Source: Bryobacterales bacterium (GTDB lineage: Bacteria > Acidobacteriota > Terriglobia > Bryobacterales > Bryobacteraceae). Taken from it: a DNA stretch of 64,000 nucleotides. The stretch is taken from contig JBBRRB010000020.1 in the NCBI GenBank assembly GCA_038225555.1, positions 10,966 through 74,965 of the forward strand. The letters run 5' to 3'. The notes under the pieces were generated by a model, which saw only the letters and a list, made by a program, of their open reading frames with translations, did no database searches and had not been told where the DNA came from. The position numbers were made by a program, and so were the translations under genes. How positions within the stretch are numbered: position 1 is the first letter of the stretch; every line of letters begins with the position of its first letter. Below are positions 45,375 through 54,537 of this stretch, piece after piece.

Positions 45375-46912
45375 TCCGGATTCACCAGCTCGCGAGGCGC
45401 TTCGAAGCGGCCCGTCAGTCTGGACACGACAGGCAGCAGAATCAATCCAGCTAACGCCGCCGTCGTTTTAAAAGGAAACAGGAGCGCCCCGCCCGGGTCA
45501 TACCACTCCCCAGGCGAGCCCGGGATCACGCCCGCAAACCACGCAGGATACGCCAGCATCGGCTTCAGCCCTAATAACGGTTCGCCGCCCCCCAGTCTCA
45601 GAACCAGCGAAACCGCAAAGGCAACCATGGACCCGATCCGGTTCGATTTCTTGTCGAATAACGCGCAGACAAGCTGGGGGAACAGCAACACGAACACTAG
45701 GTCGCTCGTGAAGAACCATAGCGCCTGGACGCTCTGGGCCTTTAGCGCCATCGCGAGCGCGCCCGCTCCCAGCAACACGATCGACACTCTGATCACTCGC
45801 TTCATGTTGCGCGTTGAGATTCCAGGCCGGATCAGCCGCTTGCAGCAGTTCCAGCTAAACATGGATGCGGCCGATAGAATTGAGGCGCTAAAGCTGGAGG
45901 TGACGGCAGCGATGATCGCGGCAAGGCCTAGCAGAGCCACCCAGCGCGGAGTGGCCTGCTTGAGGATCAGCGGCAAGGCGTCCGATGGCTCGGCCTGCAG
46001 GCGCGCCAGCAGTTCGGCAGGCCACGAATAAGAGAATGCGGCCATCCCGATCAGCAGGGGAGGAACCATGAAAGACATCGTGAGCAGGCCGGACAGGATC
46101 GACATCCATTGCGCATGCGTAGGAGTCTTGCAGGAAAGCACGCGCTGGAAATAGCAGTTCCAAGGGATCCCTCCTAGCGCGAGCATGATGCTGACATCCC
46201 ACCAGTTCACAATGGTCGGCAAAGTCCAAGGAGGCGTCGGGTTCGCCGGCGGGATCAGGGTCCCTCCCGTGGGTCGGGCTGCCACGTAATGCAGGAAACT
46301 GGCGTCCAAACCGCCGGCCGCCCTCAGGATGAACGGAAGAGCGATCGCGAGGCCGAGCGCGACCAGGCCAAGCTGAAACACGTCGGTCAATGTGACCGAC
46401 CATAATCCGCCCATAGCGGTGTAAACCGTGACTACCAATGCCGACAGTAGGATCGCCAGTGTCAGGTTCACGCCGAGCAGTACTCCAAAACTCGACCCCG
46501 CCGCCACCAAAAGCTCGGCGCTCCAAAACACCTCGGCCAGCATGGCGGGAATGAAGAGAACGGCAGCCCAATGTTTGCCGTATCTCGCTTCGAAAGGATC
46601 GATCAGGGTGGTGAATCGCAGTTGCCGCATCCGGCGGGCGAAGAAGAGACCACCTAGGATAAGGCTGATGCCAAAACAGAGTCCGCCCTGGGCACCCAAG
46701 GCGAGGTTCGACTTGAACGCGCCCTCGGCAGTCCCAAGCAGATAGCCGCCATCTACCCAGGTTGCCGTCATCGTGAGCAGAGCGATCCACAGAGGCATGG
46801 ACCGTCCGGCCACGATCAAGTCCGCATCAGTGCCGCCTTTGGCCTTGCGCGCCGAGATGGCGCCGATAATCAGGAAGGCGGCAAGCAGACCGAAGACGAT
46901 GGAGAGACCCAA
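45371..46912 (-). CDS. Sodium:solute symporter of the high-affinity choline transporter (CHT1/SLC5A7-like) type
   Basis: Full-length resemblance to CHT1 landmarks: MTATWVDGGYLLGTAEGAF, LILGGLFFARRMR, LIDPFEARYGK, LGGIPWNCYFQRVLS, FPQLVCALFDKK, LRLGGGEPLLGLKPMLAYP, FPFKT. TTG start 9 nt after the preceding stop. Confidence 0.85.
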   Translation of the reverse strand: MGLSIVFGLLAAFLIIGAISARKAKGGTDADLIVAGRSMPLWIALLTMTATWVDGGYLLGTAEGAFKSNLALGAQGGLCFGISLILGGLFFARRMRQLRFTTLIDPFEARYGKHWAAVLFIPAMLAEVFWSAELLVAAGSSFGVLLGVNLTLAILLSALVVTVYTAMGGLWSVTLTDVFQLGLVALGLAIALPFILRAAGGLDASFLHYVAARPTGGTLIPPANPTPPWTLPTIVNWWDVSIMLALGGIPWNCYFQRVLSCKTPTHAQWMSILSGLLTMSFMVPPLLIGMAAFSYSWPAELLARLQAEPSDALPLILKQATPRWVALLGLAAIIAAVTSSFSASILSAASMFSWNCCKRLIRPGISTRNMKRVIRVSIVLLGAGALAMALKAQSVQALWFFTSDLVFVLLFPQLVCALFDKKSNRIGSMVAFAVSLVLRLGGGEPLLGLKPMLAYPAWFAGVIPGSPGEWYDPGGALLFPFKTTAALAGLILLPVVSRLTGRFEAPRELVNPE

Positions 46913-46921
46913 TCGTGCATT

Positions 46922-47128
46922 TTACCTGGATCCGGTTTCGCCTTTGTCCTCTAGTTCGGCTGGTTGGGGCTCCAGATTCTCAGGAAGGTGCAAATACGCG
47001 CGAATGCGATCATCGTCTCTGGCTAAGTCGTAGCCGTTCGCTTCTATATTCCAGAGATTCTCTTCAACACGTTGAGATAGCAGGTTCGTGTTTTCGGCCA
47101 GTGCATCCAGCCGTTCATCTACCGTCAT
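46922..47128 (-). CDS. Small acidic hypothetical protein (68 aa)
   Basis: ATG 47128 with a strong GGGAGGAG SD 4-5 nt upstream. Helical, acidic sequence MTVDERLDALAENTNLLSQRVEENLWNIE.... Tightly packed between DUF1552 and the symporter. Confidence 0.55.
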   Translation of the reverse strand: MTVDERLDALAENTNLLSQRVEENLWNIEANGYDLARDDDRIRAYLHLPENLEPQPAELEDKGETGSR

Positions 47129-47146
47129 ATTTCTCCTCCCGCTTCA

Positions 47147-48475
47147 TCAGGCAAAGATGTCGCGAATGGGCTCGCTGGCGCTGGGGAAGCTGGGCAGATC
47201 AACACCCAAGGCCTTTTTCGCAGCGGCCAAGTAAAGATCGGCAACCGCTCCCGTGGTACGAGTGTGGCAGCCAGTCTTAAGTCCGCCTGCATGGCCCGCT
47301 ACGATGAGCGACATGCCGTTGTTCTTATGTTCGTTGGCTTCGGCGTGCTCGTGAACGTAGACGAGGCAAGTTCTATCCAACAAGTTGCCGTCCCCTTCCG
47401 GAGTCGACTTCAGTTTCGCCAGCAGATAGGCGAATTCTTCCGCGTGCCAGCGGCAGATGTCGCGCATGATTCGTTGTCCGTTCGGTCCGTCGGCTCCGGG
47501 AGCAGCCCCGTCGCGATGCGTGTAATCGTGGTGCCGGGCGGCGGTATAGCCGAGCCAAGGAAAGCGAGTCAGTCCCTGGCACTTCGTGAGCATGTACGAA
47601 GCCACGCGAGTCTGGCCCGAAGCCAGCGCGTGTACCAAAAGATCGCTTTGGAGCTTGGCGATGCGCGGCCAATCCTTCATATCGCCCTCGGCCTCGGGAG
47701 GATCGACGCGGTGATATTCCGGCGGAAGGCTCGCGATCCCGCGCTCTACATCGCGAATGGAGGCGAGATGCTCGTCGACGCGGGTCTGATCTTCTTTGCC
47801 CAACGCTTGCTTCAGTGCGCCTGCGTCGGCTCCGACCGCGTCGAGAATGCTGCGCTTACGGTTGATCCAACCCAAATCGCGGGCCCCGAATAGGCGATCA
47901 AACAGTTTGTAGGGCAGCATCTCGGGAGGCAGCGCGCGATCACGGCCGGCCCAGCTCATATTGCGCTGAACGCTCTCCCCGAACGACTCCTGCGACACGC
48001 CTATCTGCAGCGATCGGAAGCGATAATCTCCAGTCAAGCGGCTGGCGATTACCTGATCGATGGAGGCCGCCCCAGCACCTCGACCGGTGAATTGGCTCCC
48101 GCTCATTAAGGCGCTCATGGACCGATGATGATCGTTTCCGGGTCCAGGCAAACGGGCTGCAGGATTGTCGAGGCCCGTGATCACGTGCATGTCGTCCCGG
48201 AAAGGGGCCAGAGGCGAGAGGCAGGGCGTGAGCGTGTACTCCGACCCGGTCTCGACGGGTATCCAATACTTCTCCGGGATCCCGTTGCCATTGAACCAGA
48301 GGACGAATCGCGTGGGCCGTTCCGCGACTCCCGTCGCATAGGCCGAACCGATGCTGTTGAACATCGCCGCGAGCGGCGGCAAGCCGACCCATACGCGGCT
48401 TTGCGAAAGAGCCGTTAGGCCCTTCAAGAAAAGACGCCTGGAAACAGCCCGGTTCTTAGTTACAACTGCCGCCAT
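47147..48475 (-). CDS. DUF1552-family protein with a Tat-type signal
   Basis: [13 protein letters not shown] twin-arginine N-terminus. [20 protein letters not shown] and later H/D-rich blocks match the DUF1552 pattern. It is the usual partner of the DUF1592-type gene upstream. The maximal ORF extends to 48505. Confidence 0.8.
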   Translation of the reverse strand: MAAVVTKNRAVSRRLFLKGLTALSQSRVWVGLPPLAAMFNSIGSAYATGVAERPTRFVLWFNGNGIPEKYWIPVETGSEYTLTPCLSPLAPFRDDMHVITGLDNPAARLPGPGNDHHRSMSALMSGSQFTGRGAGAASIDQVIASRLTGDYRFRSLQIGVSQESFGESVQRNMSWAGRDRALPPEMLPYKLFDRLFGARDLGWINRKRSILDAVGADAGALKQALGKEDQTRVDEHLASIRDVERGIASLPPEYHRVDPPEAEGDMKDWPRIAKLQSDLLVHALASGQTRVASYMLTKCQGLTRFPWLGYTAARHHDYTHRDGAAPGADGPNGQRIMRDICRWHAEEFAYLLAKLKSTPEGDGNLLDRTCLVYVHEHAEANEHKNNGMSLIVAGHAGGLKTGCHTRTTGAVADLYLAAAKKALGVDLPSFPSASEPIRDIFA

Positions 48476-50432
48476 TCGTTGCCGACCTCCCGGGAGGGAA
48501 CACACTCCACTTTACCAAAGCGACCATCAAATCCTGAAATCGGAACCCGGAATCGCGAAAATCGGCGAAGCTGGCCTTGATCACAGCGCGGTCCGACGGA
48601 GTCTCGCGCCGGCCCGCGGCGTAGCGGAAAAGTTGCTTGACAACGCATTCCTGACATTGCGGAGTGCGCGCCAGCACTAAGCCGAGACCGCGAGGCGAAT
48701 TGAATTGAGAATCGGCCACCCCTGCAATGTTTCCTTCGGCCTGGAGAGGCACTTCGAGGGTCTCGGACTTGCCCTTCTCCCCGTGGCCCGGCTCGAAATG
48801 AACTGCAAGTTTGTCGCGGCGCTGACCGATGGCGTCGAATTTTTCCAAACCGAAGCCAATCGGGTCTATGAGGTTATGACAGCCCGCGCAACTCTCGTTC
48901 GACAGGTGCAGGGCCAGGCGCTCCTGATTGGTGCGGGGCGCATTTTTGGAGTTGGCGGGAAGGTTGGTGTTCACTCCCGGCGGGGGCGGCGGAACCTCCT
49001 GGCACAGAAATTGTTCGCGAACGAACAGCCCGCGAGCTGTGGGCGAAGTCTCTTCAGGCTTGCTGGTGAGGGAGAGAAAAGTGCCCTGACCCACGATGCC
49101 CGCTCGTTCTGAGTCGGCAGGAAAAGCCACGCGAGCAAACTCGGAGGGCGGCTGAGGAAGCTTGTAGACCTTGGCCAGATCGGAGCTCAAAAAGCTGTAA
49201 TCGGCGGAAAAGATCTGCATGAAATTGGTGCCGCTCCAGGCCAAGTATGCGGCCAGACGGCGGGTCTCTTCGGCCATCGCCAGAGTGAGTTCGGGAGTGT
49301 AGAGCGGAAATGCGCGCCGGTCCTTGATGGATTGGGTGAGTCTGTCAAAACGAAGCCATTCCGTGACGAACTCGTCGAAGGCGGGGTGCGCGCGCGGGTC
49401 CGCCGCCATTTGGCGCGCCGTTCTTTCCAGGCCATCCGCCGCATTGAGACCACCTGCTTCGGCGTTGCGCATCAGTTCGGCATCCGGCATCGTGTTCCAG
49501 AGAAAATACGAAAGCCGACTGGCGGTCTCGTAAGGAGTCCACTGAGAATTCGCGCCGTTTTCGGTCCGCATTAGGAAATTGGGCGATTGAAGCATCGCTT
49601 CCAGCACGATTTGGGCGGCTGAAAGGAAGCTTTTCCGGGCGCTTGCTTCTGTAGCGAACAGGCGCGAGTAGCGCCTCAATTCGACTTCTTCAAGCGGGCG
49701 GCGAAACGCTTTCTTCCCAAATGTTCGAACGAACTGGGCACCGCAAACGGAGTCGGAAGCCGACGACGGCTTGCAAGGGATCAGTCCGCGAGTATCGCCT
49801 CCTCGGAACGCGTTTCGCGCAAGCTTCTCGGCGGCAGCGCTGTACGCCTCGGCCAAAAGGGGCGAGATGCTCTGGGATTGAAACTGATTTTTAAAACCGT
49901 TGACGAAGTCTTCCGCTGGAAATTGATCAGCCAAGCGGCTGTCATCGCCCAGGAGATCGCGCACCGTGTTGTTATATTGGGCGTGCGTAAGGCGGCGAAC
50001 AACCGGGACGGGGCGAGAGCAGGCGATATCGGAATCAGTATTGAGCGCCAGCTTGCTCGAGGTGGCGAGCGTGGCCAGATAAGATGTCCAGACCCGCAGT
50101 TCGCCTTCTTCCGCGCTGCCTGGTTTGATCCGGATTCCACCAGCATGGGCTACCCGCCTGGTTGGCTTCGTTATGAAAAGCGACTGTTCCGGCGCATTGC
50201 GGTCGACTAAAATGGCCAACGAGGTTCCGAAGCGTTCGACGATGTCGGCGGATGCATCGGGTTCTGGGAAGTGCAATCGCGTCGCTGACGCTACTCCGTC
50301 AGGGTTATGGCAGCCGGAGCAGCCAGCTTTTTGCAGGATGGGGTATACGGAACGAGCGAAATATCCGGGGTCTGTTACCGCTGCGAACGTTTGAGCCGCA
50401 CCCAGCAACACCAGAATGGCCGCAAACTTCAT
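48456..50432 (-). CDS. DUF1592/DUF1595/DUF1587/DUF1588/DUF1585 multi-domain protein with CxxCH motifs
   Basis: Signal [26 protein letters not shown] near the N-terminus. [26 protein letters not shown] (DUF1588-like). [25 protein letters not shown] (DUF1585-like). Confidence 0.85.
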   Translation of the reverse strand: MKFAAILVLLGAAQTFAAVTDPGYFARSVYPILQKAGCSGCHNPDGVASATRLHFPEPDASADIVERFGTSLAILVDRNAPEQSLFITKPTRRVAHAGGIRIKPGSAEEGELRVWTSYLATLATSSKLALNTDSDIACSRPVPVVRRLTHAQYNNTVRDLLGDDSRLADQFPAEDFVNGFKNQFQSQSISPLLAEAYSAAAEKLARNAFRGGDTRGLIPCKPSSASDSVCGAQFVRTFGKKAFRRPLEEVELRRYSRLFATEASARKSFLSAAQIVLEAMLQSPNFLMRTENGANSQWTPYETASRLSYFLWNTMPDAELMRNAEAGGLNAADGLERTARQMAADPRAHPAFDEFVTEWLRFDRLTQSIKDRRAFPLYTPELTLAMAEETRRLAAYLAWSGTNFMQIFSADYSFLSSDLAKVYKLPQPPSEFARVAFPADSERAGIVGQGTFLSLTSKPEETSPTARGLFVREQFLCQEVPPPPPGVNTNLPANSKNAPRTNQERLALHLSNESCAGCHNLIDPIGFGLEKFDAIGQRRDKLAVHFEPGHGEKGKSETLEVPLQAEGNIAGVADSQFNSPRGLGLVLARTPQCQECVVKQLFRYAAGRRETPSDRAVIKASFADFRDSGFRFQDLMVALVKWSVFPPGRSATNGGSCN

Positions 50433-50455
50433 ACAGCCATTCTACAAGCCGAGAT

Positions 50456-50791
50456 TCAAGAAGGAGGCGAGGGAAAGCCGGACCCGCGCAGCGATAGGTG
50501 CCCCATGCTCCTTTCGTTGAACTTACGCCCGCGCTGAACGTTTCCCGTCAGAATCATTCTTAACTGCGTGTCAGGGTTGTCCAGCTCATAGACCCTCAGC
50601 GCGACGGCTAGGATGCTTGCGGGAATACCCGTTTCAGTCCAGATGACGACAGAGCGGTCAACAGGGAGAGAGTAAGGTGTGCCTATCTCGACCCACTGCC
50701 TTCCAATGAATCGGATCACCCGACAAGACTTTCCAGTGTGAACTCGGATACCTAAACCATTCTTAATTGTGTAGTCTCGAACTGGATCCAT
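50456..50791 (-). CDS. Hypothetical protein (111 aa)
   Basis: ATG ORF with no obvious SD and no family recognised. It lies in a locally lower-GC stretch between the 83-aa ORF and the DUF1592 gene. Confidence 0.35.
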   Translation of the reverse strand: MDPVRDYTIKNGLGIRVHTGKSCRVIRFIGRQWVEIGTPYSLPVDRSVVIWTETGIPASILAVALRVYELDNPDTQLRMILTGNVQRGRKFNERSMGHLSLRGSGFPSPPS

Positions 50792-50851
50792 GCCAATTTA
50801 GACGTAGGTCGCCTTCGATTCGACGGTGAAAATCCAATGAAAAGAGAAAAC

Positions 50852-51103
50852 TTACTTGCGAGCTGCTTCGCTAAGCCGGTAAACGGTGCCGTTCGATGAA
50901 TCCTGATGAGGTTCGAGCAGGGAGCGCTTTTGCAATTCTTTGATGGTCGTGGCGGCAACGGTCTCGCCCGGACGAGCGGACCAATACAGCCAGAGCACCT
51001 TGTCTTTTGCGAGGTCGCCTCGAATGCTGCCGCCCCTGGATCTCAGAGTGGTAAGCAAGGATCTAGCCTCGGGACTTAGTTCTTCGTCTTCAAAATTTGG
51101 CAT
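50852..51103 (-). CDS. Small hypothetical protein, possibly winged-helix (83 aa)
   Basis: ATG 51103 with an AGAGG SD. The C-terminal TIKELQKRSLLEPHQDSSNGTVYRLSE looks like a recognition helix plus wing. It starts 44 nt downstream of the AAA+ gene. Confidence 0.45.
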   Translation of the reverse strand: MPNFEDEELSPEARSLLTTLRSRGGSIRGDLAKDKVLWLYWSARPGETVAATTIKELQKRSLLEPHQDSSNGTVYRLSEAARK

Positions 51104-51147
51104 CGCGCCTCTTGAAGTTCGATTTTAGCATGAAGCGAACTTTCTAT

Positions 51148-52455
51148 TTATTCCTCCACATCCTCGGTGAAACAGCTCTCAAACGCGCGGTCCAGAACAG
51201 TTTCGGTAAGCTCAAACGGAAGCTTCTCGAAATGAATCAGGTCAATCGCGTGCGATATTACGTCGCGCGGATGACAGCGCCGGAGCGGCTTCCTCGTCTG
51301 CCGGTAGCGCTTTTCCACGAACTCCGCAGCAAGACCGGTTGGACAAGGCAGATCTTTAGCCGCGCAGAAGCGATCGAAGATTTGCAAAAACTCGGACGTT
51401 TCGGGGCTTCGCAACAACATCTTGTACTGGATGCGTCGTAAGAAAGCTTCATCGCCGAGCTGATCGGGCTTAAGATTGGTCGAAAAGATCAAAAACGCAT
51501 CGAAAGGCGCAGTCATTTTTCCGCCCGTTAAGAATGTCAGATAATCGATGCGCCGCTCCATGGGAATGATCCAGCGGTTTAAAACCTCGGTCGGACTGCA
51601 TTTCTGCCGACCAAAATCGTCGATGAGATAAATGCCGTTATTCGCCTTGAGCTGGTAGGGTGCGTCGTAGACCTTGGACACGCCGTTGTAGTTCAAATCC
51701 AGCATTTCCAGCGTCAGTTCGCCCCCGGTGACGATGAAGGGACGGCGACATTTTACCCATCGCCCGTCATGCGGCGCCTCGAACGTAACGCCCGTCTGCT
51801 CGGATTGATCAACGGGCTGATGATAAACAGGGTCGAACAGTTGCACGATGTTGCCCTGGCATTCCAGCGCGTGCGGGATATAGATCGGCGTGTCGTCGAT
51901 ATTTTGCAGCGCTTCGGCCAGAAACGTCTTGCCATTGCCTGGCTGTCCATAGATCAGAAAAGAATTGCCGGAACCGACAGCCGGCCCGATCTGGGACAGC
52001 AGCTTTGGCGTCACCACCATTCGGCTGTAAGCCTCGGTGAGCGCACGATTCGTGAGCCAGCCGTCTTGCCTGCGCTGCTGTCGAACGAAATAGTTGTACT
52101 GGTACAGCGGCACGGGCGCTGGACCGCTGTATTGGTTCGTGTCCAAATATTCCCTTGCCAAGTTTCGCCCGGCCTCGGAGAGAGCGAATAAGGCCGAACT
52201 ATTCCCAAGACCGAGAGAGCGCTTAACTTGCAGGAGGTATTGCCGCTTGAGGCTCTCGACGAGGCCTTCAATCAGACTGAACTTTACGCCGATGGCCTTC
52301 GCCAGATCGCGGCCGAGAATGTCTCCTCGAAAATAGAGCAGTTTAAAGATGATCTGTTCGATCATCGACGCCTGAAGCCCGGTCTCTTCAACGGTTTCGG
52401 GTACTGGCGGGATTTGCACAGCATGGGTCAGGAGGTCAACGGCTGCGGCGCTCAT
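51148..52455 (-). CDS. AAA+ ATPase (classical-clade features) with an N-terminal winged-helix-like domain
   Basis: Walker A LIYGQPGNGKTFLAEAL; Walker B GIYLIDDFGRQ; sensor-1 LIFSTNL; Arg-finger region DEAFLRRIQYK. N-terminal GRDLAKAIGVKFSLIEGLVESLKRQYLLQVKRS. Confidence 0.85.
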   Translation of the reverse strand: MSAAAVDLLTHAVQIPPVPETVEETGLQASMIEQIIFKLLYFRGDILGRDLAKAIGVKFSLIEGLVESLKRQYLLQVKRSLGLGNSSALFALSEAGRNLAREYLDTNQYSGPAPVPLYQYNYFVRQQRRQDGWLTNRALTEAYSRMVVTPKLLSQIGPAVGSGNSFLIYGQPGNGKTFLAEALQNIDDTPIYIPHALECQGNIVQLFDPVYHQPVDQSEQTGVTFEAPHDGRWVKCRRPFIVTGGELTLEMLDLNYNGVSKVYDAPYQLKANNGIYLIDDFGRQKCSPTEVLNRWIIPMERRIDYLTFLTGGKMTAPFDAFLIFSTNLKPDQLGDEAFLRRIQYKMLLRSPETSEFLQIFDRFCAAKDLPCPTGLAAEFVEKRYRQTRKPLRRCHPRDVISHAIDLIHFEKLPFELTETVLDRAFESCFTEDVEE

Positions 52456-52550
52456 CTATACCGTGAGTGTGCGCTTTTGCCGCGTTCCGCACAATGAGAA
52501 TTTAGTTGTGTTCCACTAAGGGGATTAACGTAGGCTCGGCAACCGATATC

Positions 52551-53708
52551 ATGAATGGGACCAGCGCAATGCATGGCCACAAAATGACACAAATTCCTGA
52601 AAGTAACCCGCAGCGGCTGGTATCGCTGGACGCTTTTCGCGGCGCCACCATCGCGCTGATGGTGTTGGTGAACGACGCTGGCGACGGTGGCCATGTCTAC
52701 GGGCCTCTCCAGCATTCCGCTTGGCACGGCTGGACCATCACGGACGTGGTGTTCCCTTCATTCCTCTGGATTGTCGGAGTCGCGATGACGCTTTCCATGG
52801 CGAACCGGCTCGCGGCCGGAGTCACTCGCGGGCGGTTGGTGAAACAGGTATTTCGGCGCGCCGCGATTCTGTTTGCCCTGGGGTTGTTCCTGTATGGCTA
52901 TCCCCATTTTCAACTGTCCACGCAGAGGATACTCGGCGTATTGCAGCGCATCGCAATCTGCTACCTGATCGCGGCTTTGATTTATCTGTATTCAGGGGTG
53001 CGCGGACAGATCGTCTGGATCGTGTCTCTCCTGACCGGCTACTGGCTGCTCATGACTCTGATGCCGGTGCCGGGTTTCGGTACCGGTCGCCTGGATGTTG
53101 ACGGCAACTTCGCTCACTATGTGGACCGGATCGTGCTTGGTCAGCACAACTATCGTTCGACGAAGACGTGGGATCCCGAGGGCATCGTCAGCACGCTTCC
53201 GGCAATCGCGACGGCGTTGCTCGGCGTCATGGCTGGGCACATTATTCGCCTCCGGCGGGAATTGGCCGAGCGCACCGCATGGCTGTTCGTGGCGGGCAAC
53301 GCCCTGATCGCGATAGGGTTGGTGTGCGACATTTGGCTCCCGATCAATAAGAAGCTTTGGACCAGCTCGTTTGCACTGTTCATGGCCGGGCTCGATTTCG
53401 TCATGTTGGCCATGTTCATCTGGCTGATCGACCATTTGGGATACCAGCGCTACGTGAAGCCGCTGTTCATCATGGGGATGAACGCGATCGCGGTCTACAT
53501 GGCGTCGGAAATACTGGCCGAAACACTGGACTGGATTCACTGGGGCACGGGAGAGAGCGCGACCCTGCACGGTTGGTTGTACGATACGCTGTTCGCTCCG
53601 CTTGGCTCACCCATCAACGCATCGTTGCTCTGGGCGCTGGCATATACGCTGCTAATGTACGCCATCGCGTACGTCATGTATCGCAAGAAGTGGTTCTGGC
53701 GCGTTTGA
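52551..53708 (+). CDS. HGSNAT-like transmembrane acyltransferase (DUF5009/COG4299)
   Basis: RLVSLDAFRGATIALMVLVNDAGDGGHVYGPLQHSAWHGWTITDVVFPSFLWIVGVAM closely parallels the heparan-alpha-glucosaminide N-acetyltransferase core. About 11 TM. The start is uncertain (TTG 52506, ATG 52551/52569/52584). Confidence 0.85.
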   Translation: MNGTSAMHGHKMTQIPESNPQRLVSLDAFRGATIALMVLVNDAGDGGHVYGPLQHSAWHGWTITDVVFPSFLWIVGVAMTLSMANRLAAGVTRGRLVKQVFRRAAILFALGLFLYGYPHFQLSTQRILGVLQRIAICYLIAALIYLYSGVRGQIVWIVSLLTGYWLLMTLMPVPGFGTGRLDVDGNFAHYVDRIVLGQHNYRSTKTWDPEGIVSTLPAIATALLGVMAGHIIRLRRELAERTAWLFVAGNALIAIGLVCDIWLPINKKLWTSSFALFMAGLDFVMLAMFIWLIDHLGYQRYVKPLFIMGMNAIAVYMASEILAETLDWIHWGTGESATLHGWLYDTLFAPLGSPINASLLWALAYTLLMYAIAYVMYRKKWFWRV

Positions 53709-53718
53709 CGGATAATAG

Positions 53719-54532
53719 CATGAGTATGCGATATCTGGCGATCATCTCGCTGTTCGCTCTGCAGGGTCAAGCGCAGCATGGGCAGCTCGAAGATAAGGAT
53801 AAGGCTAAGCATCCTTTCATCGGCGATCCAGCGGCGATCGAAGCCGGACACAAGCAATTCGCAAACGGGTGCGCGGCCTGTCATGGTGCTGAGGGAAAAG
53901 GCGGGCGCGGCCCCAACCTGCTGGAGCGGCTCCGCTCGGACGAAGTGACCGATCCGATTCTTTACCAAGTGATTCAGAAAGGTGTTCCCGGGGGAGGCAT
54001 GCCTGGCGCGAACCTGTCGGAGAACGAAGCTTGGCAGCTCATTGCGTTCCTGCGCTCAGAAACCTCACCAGCGGTGGAAGGCCGTCCAGGTGGCGACTCT
54101 AAGGCTGGTGAGCAGATTTTTTGGGACAAAGCTAAGTGCGGCGGGTGCCACGCGATTCAAGGGCGCGGCGGACGGATCGGACCCGACCTTACGAATATCG
54201 GCGCGCTGCGGACGCGGACTCAATTGAGGGATGCAGTGCTTGCTCCGGACTTGAATCCGGTCCAGGGTTATCAGAGCGCGACGGTGCTTTTGAAGGACGG
54301 CACGGCGTTGCGCGGAGTGGCTCGGAATCGCACCAACTACTCGCTGCAACTGCAGGACAAGGACGGGAATTTGCACCTGCTGCAAATGGACCGCATCCGC
54401 GAGATTACGATTAGCAAGCACTCCATCATGCCGAACGACTACGGCCAGCGCCTAGGCGCTCAGGAGCTTCAAAACGTGCTGGCTTATTTAAGCCGTCAGA
54501 GTATTCGTCCAGTTGAAACCGCGAAAAAGTAA
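53719..54532 (+). CDS. Dihaem c-type cytochrome
   Basis: ATG 53719 gives the signal MSMRYLAIISLFALQGQA. Two CxxCH motifs (CAACHG, CGGCHA). The track ORF 53357..54532 is an artificial 5-prime extension overlapping the previous gene. Confidence 0.85.
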
Positions 54533-54537
54533 CGACC

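Noticed and set aside
53357-53718. N-terminal 120 codons of track ORF 53357..54532
   Set aside because: This stretch overlaps the HGSNAT-like gene in another frame and has an Arg-rich junk composition. The ATG at 53719 gives a clean signal peptide for the cytochrome.
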